This document shows positions 54,561 through 64,000 of a stretch of 64,000 nt of DNA, piece after piece. The position numbers were made by a program, and so were the translations under genes. The notes beneath the pieces were generated by a model. The model searched no databases, was not told where the DNA came from, and saw only the letters and a list, made by a program, of their open reading frames with translations. Source of the DNA: Octopus vulgaris (Eukaryota). Each line of letters opens with the position of its first letter. Position 1 is the first letter of the stretch. The stretch spans positions 52,328,001 to 52,392,000 of the forward strand of contig OX597828.1 in the NCBI GenBank assembly GCA_951406725.2, given 5' to 3'.

Positions 54561-56924
54561 TATCCTATATATATACATAAATAAATACACATATATATAT
54601 GCGTATACATATATATTTGTTTATATATATATATATAAATATATATGAGTGTGTATATACGTATATTTGTGTGTGAGAGTATGCGTGTATATATACATAC
54701 ATGCACGTACGCACACGCGTGTATCTATTCAGGAAAACATAAATTTCACATATAGATTATAATTTAACTGGGCTCAACTGGTGTTTCATTATCGAAAAGT
54801 ATAATTTTATTATCAAATCATTAATATACAATTAATTTACATAAAATTAATTAATTAAAATTAATTAATTATGTATCATTTATACGCTATTATATAATAT
54901 TGTTCTTAGTACCGATGGTCACATATTGGTTGTCAATCTATCGAAGATATGGAAAGTATTCGCAAGGTGAGTGAACCCACAAAATCAGTCAATGTCTATT
55001 AGAAGCTATAACTTTCAAAAGCAACTGAAATGTATATACAAAAGTTAACCGATATTTCTTTCTGAGCATGCGCGCAGAAAAAAAATTAACTGGGAAACTT
55101 ATTAGTTCCATAATTATTTTTGACTGTACTACTCATGTTTTTCGTTTCATCTTTCGTTTGCTTGTGGATTTCAAATTCACTCAAATAGCGTCACACCTTC
55201 ATTATTGTAACATACTGATACGAAATCAAGGTACCTTCAGAGAAGGGGAGACAGAAGAAGACGAGGAAAAGTTTGTAGAAGGATAGAATTTTTAGGCGAA
55301 GATCCCTGGTAAATTGGAAACGTAACTAAAATTATATATAAAATATAAGAATATAATAACTTTGATGGTCCTTTGATGGTAAAAAAGCACCAGAAGTCTA
55401 CCCAGTGTTTAAGTATGAATTTTGTCTGATGTATACAAGAAATGAAATTCTCCATCTTGCCATTCAGACATTAGTCAGAATTGTGCACGTTTCCTAAAGT
55501 ATATCGTCTTGCAGGTTGCAGATGTGCCTAACTCGGAAGCACAATGAAAAATGAACCTACAGAGTGAACAGAAAAATAATAATAATAATAAAGAGCAATA
55601 AAAAGTGTATGGAAAATGAAAAATGATAAAAACAGCAGCAACACAACCGGCAACAACAATCAACTACTACGCTTTCACTAAGTTTAATGGTAATCTGAAC
55701 AAAAACAAAATGGTAACGTGACAATAGTAACGTTAAAAAAGTAATGATGAGGATGATGATGATGATGGTGGTGGTGGTGGTGGTGGTGAGGTGTGATGAT
55801 GATGATGAGGAGGAGGAGGAGGAGGTGGTGGGGTAGGAGACGGAGGATAAGGAGTGGAGGGAAAAGGAGAGCAACCATAAGAGTAACGATGCTATAATGG
55901 CTATGTGCATTGTAGAGTACGAACGTTCTATACTCATGTCCTGACCTGATGCTGTAGTTCGTTGCAGATGATATCGTTAATAGGTTTATAGAAATTGCTG
56001 TCGAATCCATAAAATTCTTCAGATGTTTATCAACAATTCCGGAAATATGAGAAAGACTAAGAGAAATGACAAAGGATATGAAAAATATGAATAATGTTGA
56101 TTCTATATGTTTACACATAGACATACACACTTATACATACATGCATACATCATGCATGCTTGCACACACTCGCACACAAACACATCAATACGCACACACA
56201 TGTATATATACATATTTATGTATGTGTGCATACTTGGTATACAACCACCACTCTCATATGTATATATGTGTGTATATTTACGAATGTACCTACATATGTA
56301 GATATATTCATTTATATATTATGTATACACATTAAATCACACACACATATATACAAACGCGCACACACGCATATATATGTATATACACACAGAGAATTGT
56401 ATATTTGAATAACAGTAACAACAATACAAATAATAATAATGATAATGATGATGATGATGTTAATAATAATACTAATAATAACAATAATAATGATGATGGT
56501 GATGATGATGATGATGATGATGATGATATGATTATTAGTAGAGCTTTGAAAGATACCACAGATTTAATCTTATATGCACACACATACACGCACATATAAT
56601 TATATGTATATGCATATGTATATAAATGTATATATATATATATGAGTAAGTGTATATGTACTTGAATGCATGCATTACTAACTTTTATATTTGGAAAAGG
56701 ATTGTAAAATAGCAACTACTGTATGTATGAGTGACTATACACGTGTATACAGGTGCATAGTGCCTGTACGTATGAATCGGATGTGGAAAAAGTTGCTTCG
56801 TAAAAATATATACGGTCAAACATAAAAGTCAAAAATTCCCAACGCTACAAACGCAAGCACTTACAAAAGAATATTTCCTACTTTCAACATACATGGTGTT
56901 ACAAATATATTTGCATATATGCAT

Positions 56925-56994
<70 letters not shown>

Positions 56995-57344
56995 AAGAGA
57001 GAGAGAGAGAGAGACATATATATAGGCATATATATAGACATATGTATAATTACACATATATACATTAATTCGATTTCAGGTAGATAATTATGTAATACTT
57101 ACTGACATTTTCTACTTACTTTGTAGACAGAATCCAGTAATTTATGTGACTTTTTGCCACCGTAAATACTTGAATAAAAGTATCACTCTATGATCACAAT
57201 TACATATAATCCTGTCCACATATTCACACCAAATAAAGAACATGCATATATTCATACATAAGCAGATACCAATCGGTATCATATATATGTGTGTATGTCT
57301 GTCTGTCTGTATGTATGTATGTATGTATGTATGTATGTATATAC

Positions 57345-57399
<55 letters not shown>

Positions 57400-57428
57400 T
57401 AGATATATGGGGAGCACGTTCAAAGTAG

Positions 57429-57474
<46 letters not shown>

Positions 57475-57478
57475 AATA

Positions 57479-57515
<37 letters not shown>

Positions 57516-57665
57516 GACTGCCTGTCTGTCTATTTATCTATCTATATGGCTGTCCGTATACGTATGTATATGTATATATATAGTGAGAATATATAACAAA
57601 AGACGAAGACGGGTGTGTAAACAGCAAGCAGATGTATTAGATTAATGCTCAGGAAGTGAGAAAGT

Positions 57666-57701
57666 CTTTTATGTTTCGAGCCTATGCTCTTCAACAGAAA
57701 G
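57666..57701 (-). ncRNA. Minimal hammerhead-like motif with variant core CUGUUGA
   Basis: Minus strand CTTT-CTGTTGA-A-GAGC-ATAG-GCTC-GAAA-CAT-A-AAAG; stems I and II pair; stem III is degenerate (ACGT in the 23012 copy). Confidence 0.65.
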
Positions 57702-58299
57702 GAACGCAGAAATAAACAGGGATAGAAAATAGAAAAAGTTTAGTGGCTAGTGATCTATCATGGCGAATGCCGGACAGAGGAGTCATACAGCAGAGATATG
57801 AAGAAGGGGAGATAATCCCAAAACGAAATTGCTCGTGCATGTGTTTCTGAGAGCCTGTATGTGTGTGTGGAAGGTCTGGTGACCTTGAGGTGTGTGTGCA
57901 TGTGTAGGTGTGTGGATGATGGTGTAGGTTCTGGGAAGTGGTCAGCGCTAGTGCGTGCGGGGTGGTGTGATGTACTGTGGTGTGGTATGGTTGTGTGTGG
58001 TGTGGAGATGTGTGGTGTGGTTTGGTGATGTGTGGTATGGTGTGGCGATGTTGGGGTGTGACGGAGGCGAGAGTGGAGGAAGCAAGGCTGGGTGTCTAAG
58101 GGATGGGGTGCAGGTGGGATGGGATGTATAGGGATAGTGGAGTTGAAATGTGTAGGGGTGGGATAACGAGGAAGGGATGAAATGAAGGGAGAAGGTGGGA
58201 GGAGTGAAAAGAAAACAGGAAGTAGGTGCCAGAGCAAGAGAGGAGAGGTGGGTGGGAGGAAGTAGTTGCGAGAGGAAGAGAGGAGATAGAAGGCGTGTG

Positions 58300-58703
58300 A
58301 GATGAAGAGGGCAGGAGAGTTGCGCCCATGTGGTGCAAAGGAGCGAAGAGAGAAGATTAATCCCTGCTGACGGCGAAGATGGGAGTCCGGATTGCCCCTG
58401 TGCAAAGACAATCTGAACACAGAGAGGTGTTTTAAAGAGTAACCGGTAGAGCGGAAATGGCGCGAGAACGGGATGTCATTGCCGAGTCTGATGTCTCGGA
58501 GGTGTTTCGCAAATCGGCCAGCCAAGCGGTCCGTTTGACCGATGTATAGAGAAGGACAGAGAGAGCAGGAGATGCAGTAGATGACATTGCTAGAAGTGCA
58601 GGTGAAGGTGTCAGTGATATGATAGGGTCGATGATGGGTGCCTGTGAGGAGGGTGGAATTGGAGAGGTAAGGGCAAGTATGGCAGCGTGGGCAAGAGCAA
58701 GGA
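58300..58703 (-). pseudogene. GIY-YIG endonuclease domain with upstream Cys cluster (Neptune-like PLE)
   Basis: One frame reads [13 protein letters not shown]...[44 protein letters not shown]...SRHF...[14 protein letters not shown]; the conserved catalytic Glu appears lost (RRQQ). Confidence 0.88.
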
Positions 58704-58726
58704 ACGAGCCGGATATATATATATTC

Positions 58727-58884
<158 letters not shown>

Positions 58885-59361
58885 GTATGTATGTGTGTAT
58901 ATATATATATATATCTACATATATATATGTGCATGCGTATATATATGTATATATATATATACGTGCGGAATGTCAATATGTTAGCATATGATATGTACAT
59001 AAAATTTTTCTCATGTGATGTGCGTCTGTGTGTGTATGTGTATGTGAGAGAGAGAATATATTGAAATATGTAAATATAATATACAATAGAAAATATGACT
59101 TACACGTATAAAAACAGTATTCGGTAATCACATATATCTTGCATGAAAGATATGATAATGCGTACAATGTACATTACGTACTTATATATAATAATGGAAA
59201 ATGTAAATTAAAAAGAAATATAGATATTGTATAGTGACATACATATAATTGATACGAACAGCACGTATTTATGTATCACAATATAATCTAACGTAATACA
59301 AGATAAAACACGATGTATGTATTATAATAAAGAGATTCTTGTTTGTATATATATGTATATA

Positions 59362-59397
<36 letters not shown>

Positions 59398-59403
59398 TGT
59401 ATG

Positions 59404-59494
<91 letters not shown>

Positions 59495-59498
<4 letters not shown>

Positions 59499-59821
59499 GC
59501 AGTTTCTTCCCAACTACATGCTTTCGGGTTCAATCCCAATATATTGCACCTTGGGCACGTGTTTAGTTATAACCTCGGGCCAATCAGAGTCTTGTGAGTG
59601 GATTTAGTAAATGGAAACTGAAGGAAGCTCGTCGCATATATGTATAGGTATGCATGTACATGTTTGTCTATGTTTGTCTGCCCACCATTGCTTGACAACC
59701 GAAAACTACCGGGTCGGCAAAAGAAACCGATATAAATAATAAGTCCTCGGATCGATTTGCTCTAATAAAGGCGGGGAGCTCGAGCATGGGCACAATCAAA
59801 TGACTGAAACAAATAAAAGAA
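59495..59821 (+). mobile_element. SINE family A, degenerate
   Basis: GCACCTTGGGCA...CTTGTGAGTGGATTTAGTAAATGGAAACTGAAG...CAAATGACTGAAACAAATAAAAGA. Confidence 0.8.
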
Positions 59822-59837
59822 TATATATATACATATT

Positions 59838-59996
59838 CTTTTGAATATGGCCGTGCTAGATCATCGACTTGAAGTCGACTACAGTACATTTGTTTTCTAA
59901 AGTCTTGTGCCTATTCTATCGGACAATTTTGACGAACTACTAAGTTACGGGAATGTAAACACAACTACAACGGTTGTCAAGCTGTGACTGGGGACA
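59838..59996 (-). mobile_element. SINE family A 3' part, very degenerate
   Basis: TATTCTATCGG...CTAAGTTACGGGAATGTAAACAC...CGGTTGTCAAGC is the reverse complement of the family A body. Confidence 0.65.
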
Positions 59997-60004
59997 ATCA
60001 CGAA

Positions 60005-60277
60005 GACTCGCAGTCGTAGGATCGCGGTTTCGATTCCTAGACCGGGCGTTGTGAATGTTTATTGAGCGAAAACAACTAAAGCTCCACACGAGGCTCTGGC
60101 AGGGGGTAGGTGACGATCCCTGCTGTACTCTTTCGCCACAAATTTTTCCTCACTCTTTCTTCTGTTGGCCTGCTCGCTTAGCCAGCGGGATGGCGTCGTT
60201 TGAAGGCTAAAACAATGCGAAGCGCATTGTGACCAGCGATGTGTAGCAACATCTGATAGCCTGGTCGGTCACGTGAT

Positions 60278-60284
<7 letters not shown>
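60005..60284 (+). mobile_element. SINE family B, slightly 5'-truncated
   Basis: Aligns to 54089-54364; ends GGTCACGTGATCACGTGAT then (TA)n. Confidence 0.9.
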
Positions 60285-60330
<46 letters not shown>

Positions 60331-60333
<3 letters not shown>

Positions 60334-60559
60334 CTTTACTACCCACAAGGGGCTAAACATAGAGGGGACAAACAAAGACAGACAAAGGGATTAAGTCGAT
60401 TACATCGACCCCAGTGCGAAACTGGTACTTAATTTATCGACCCCGAAAGGATGAAAGGCAAAGTCGACCTCGGCGGAATTTGAACTCAGAATGTAACGAC
60501 AGACGAAATACGGCTACGCATTTCGCCCGGCGTGCTAACGTTTCTGCCAGTTCGCCGCC
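60331..60559 (-). mobile_element. SINE family C, full length
   Basis: Matches 12150-12380; (TA)n on both sides. Confidence 0.9.
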
Positions 60560-60606
<47 letters not shown>

Positions 60607-60732
60607 ATGTATGTATGTATGTATGTATGTATGTATGTATGTATGTATGTATGTATACGAATTCTTTTCGAGTTCTTTTACAGAGCTTAGAAGAGCTGAA
60701 GAAACACTGAAATAAGTATATATATATATATA

Positions 60733-60823
60733 TGAGAGGGGAATACGCTGAATGAAATCGTAATAAACTGATCTTCGTGTATTTTCTTTTACGCAAAGTC
60801 AGCACCATTTCAGTAGCCTCTCG
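60733..60823 (-). mobile_element. Half copy of the mariner-type MITE at 10862
   Basis: Reverse complement CGAGAGGCTACTGAAATGGTGCTGACTTTGCGTAAAAGAAAATACACGAAGATCAGTT matches 10862-10945; TA follows the TIR. Confidence 0.75.
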
Positions 60824-61323
60824 TATATAACGATCATTGCTTTGCTGTGAAACGATCGTAGACCGTTTTTTTTATTTACCTATTGCATTCCCTACATTCC
60901 CAGATTTTATTTCATACCCTTTGCAGCTTTAGTTGCTAAGCAGTGAGTTGCATGGTGACATTCGATTTGTCAAAAAATTTCTTTTGATTTCAGTGAGACG
61001 CAGTTTGTAATTTACGATGTTAATAAACGCGTTTTAACGCAAATTCTACACTTTTTTGTCATCTACATTTGTTGCCTGCATGCTCGAAGCTTACTAATTT
61101 CCAATACTTTGAATCCCTGGCAAAAATGATGAAGGTGATGCTGCTGCTGCTGCTGATGACGACGACGACGACGGTGGTGGTGGAGGTGGTGGTGATGATG
61201 GTGGTGGTTCGGTGGTGGTGATGATGAGGATGATGTGGAAGACGACGATGATGATGGTGGTGGTGTTGGTGGTGGTGGTGGTGGTGGCGATGGTGGTGGT
61301 GATGATGATGATGATAGCTAGAT

Positions 61324-61572
61324 GAAGAAGAAGAAAAGAAGAAGAAGACGAAGAACAGGAGGAGAGAGAAGAAGAAGAAGAAGAAGAAGAAGGAGAAGAA
61401 GAAGAAGAAGAAGAAGAAGAAGAAGAAGAAGAAGAAGAAGAAGAAGAAGAAGAAGAAGAAGAAGAAGAAGAAGAAGAAGAAGAAGAAGAAGAAGAAGAAG
61501 AAGAAGAAGAAGAAGAAGAAGAAGAAGAAGAAGAAGAAGAAGAAGAAGAAGAAGAAGAAGAAGAAGAAGAAG
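61324..61572. repeat. (GAA)n microsatellite, ~250 bp
   Basis: Seen directly. Confidence 0.95.
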
Positions 61573-62219
61573 CATATTGCCAGATAAAATCGCCGACTAT
61601 AAATTCGTTCTTCATTTGTTTATTACAGTTCTTATTTTACGTCCATTGTCTAAAACTCTTTCGCCACACACCTGTTACTTCTCCAGCGACCCTCCACCCC
61701 GCGTATCTCTTCCTGTTCTGTTTAGTCGGAAAAAAAAAAATAATAATAAACATTCACCTCAGGAATCTTGCAAAACAAATTCACAAATGTAACAGTGTTA
61801 ATAAGAGTTAAAAAAAAAATCAAAGGGCAGGAATAGAACGCACCAAAGACAAGACACCATAACAGCAACGACCAGAACAGCTACAACAACAACAACAGCA
61901 GCAGAAGCAACGAAGAAAACACAACAACAACAACAACAACAACAACATAAATAACTAACAATCAGAACGTCAACGATGACGTCGTTATCAGTAACTGTAA
62001 AAAGAAAAAAAAAACAGCCAAAACAAAAATGATGCTAACATCGGAAATGAGAAAACTTACTTCCATTAGCTTTTTCTGTTTTTCCAGAGAAAGAAAGATG
62101 ACTTTTTCCTGTAGTATCTGTTCTTCTTTATATTATTCTTGTTATTGTTGTTGTTGTAGTTGTTGTCTTAAATGTTTTTGATTGCTTGTCTATTTTTCCT
62201 TGTATCTTTTGTGTATCTT

Positions 62220-62265
<46 letters not shown>

Positions 62266-62312
62266 TATATAAATACATATATGTATATATTTATATATAT
62301 ATATATAAATGT

Positions 62313-62343
<31 letters not shown>

Positions 62344-62814
62344 TTATATATATATATTTATATATATATGTAGGTATAATTGTGGATGAGTGTGTGCGCA
62401 TGTGTTCGTTATCTTTCACATTATTGATTTCTTTTCGGTACTCTTGTTTTATTTCAGTAGTAATAGTAGTTGTTGTTGTTGTGGTAGGAGTAGTATACGC
62501 TGTGGTGGTGGTGGTAGTATCGTCTATAACCAATAGTAATATTAATAAAATTATAATTATAATCATTGTTATTATTAATCATTACGGAAAACGTTTTGGG
62601 TGCTGTATATTTCGTCACAGGTATAGAAGTTTATACACACAAAAACACACACACACACACGAACACACACTCAGATACGCATATATTAATACGTATGTAT
62701 ATGCATGCAACATACAGGCACATACATGCACACACACACACACGCACACATATATATATATATATAAATGTCTATTTATATATATATAAATATATACACA
62801 CATATATATGTGAA

Positions 62815-62854
<40 letters not shown>

Positions 62855-62948
62855 TATAAATATATGTATGTATGTATATATATATAGAGAGAGAGAGAGA
62901 AAGTGATATATATGCATATATAAATATATATATATATGTATATATACG

Positions 62949-62980
<32 letters not shown>

Positions 62981-62996
62981 CACAAATACATACAAC

Positions 62997-63056
<60 letters not shown>

Positions 63057-63232
63057 CATCTATATATCAAAGAAATTACGCATAATATTATGTTCTGTTT
63101 TTTCGCCTCAAAGGAAATTATAATTTACATTATTTTCATTATTATCATTAGCAATTGTCATTATCTTTACCAATATTATTGCTACTGTTATTTTATTGTT
63201 CTTTATACTTCCATAATGTTTAGGATAATAAT

Positions 63233-63369
<137 letters not shown>

Positions 63370-63835
63370 GTAGAAGAAGAAGAAGAAGAAGAAGAATAGT
63401 ATTAATAATAATAATAAAGATAATATCAGTGGAAATAAACCAAAAAGCAACTATAATAATAATATGGACAACAAAAGCAGAAACAAAAACAACATATCTA
63501 TAACAATGATACTAATAATGATTGAATTACAAGATAAAAAAAAATAATATGGATGATAAAAATGGTCGCGATAATATAAAGAATTATTTTTATAAACATT
63601 ATTAACATGTTTGTAGAGGTTCTTTGCTGCTGTTGTTTTATCCAATGTAATACTAGTAGTAGTAGTAGTAGTAGTAGTAGTTGTTGTAGGATGTAGCAGT
63701 AGTATTTCTATTAGAACGTGATTAACGTTAATTTTCTGTTTGCTCATACATCATGCCAGCGGCCATGGATGTGAAGCAATAGGTGATAATAGTATGTATG
63801 CTTTTGAATACAGATACGTGCATATATACTAACAA

Positions 63836-63905
<70 letters not shown>

Positions 63906-63929
63906 CTCTCTCTCTCTCTCTCTCTTATA

Positions 63930-63996
<67 letters not shown>

Positions 63997-64000
63997 GTGT

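Larger units (their letters stand above)
57583..58712 (-). mobile_element. Second Penelope-like element family, 5'-truncated, in (TA)n
   Basis: Cys-rich linker plus GIY-YIG, pyrimidine-rich 3' UTR, a hammerhead near the 3' end, and TA-rich microsatellite on both flanks. Confidence 0.88.

Noticed and set aside
54830-54875. AT-only palindrome (AATTAATTAATTAAAATTAATTAATT)
   Set aside because: Low-complexity (TTAA)n, expected by chance in this composition.

Overview
AT-rich, repeat-dense eukaryotic non-coding DNA with no recognisable host gene exon. The SINE set and the density of (TA)n/(CA)n/(TATC)n/(AAT)n microsatellites suggest an octopus-type cephalopod genome (inference). Nearly all ORFs in the track are microsatellite translations. 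The real content is: three tRNA-derived SINE families in many copies; a degenerate full-length Tc1 transposon plus fragments; mariner, hAT and Helentron-type non-autonomous elements; RTE, L1/Tx1 and R4-like LINE remnants; and several Penelope-like retroelements (PLEs) sitting in (TA)n tracts. The standout is a young PLE at 35777-42608. It forms a 6.7 kb fold-back with two near-identical ~2.95 kb arms around a 763 bp spacer, and has an open GIY-YIG endonuclease ORF with Asn-rich expansions, a ~2.6 kb 3' UTR, and a hammerhead ribozyme with a ~85 nt branched stem II on each arm. About 1 kb upstream is a miniature of the same layout: a 140 bp perfect palindrome carrying a minimal hammerhead on both strands. 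A second PLE family carries hammerheads with a non-canonical CUGUUGA core.
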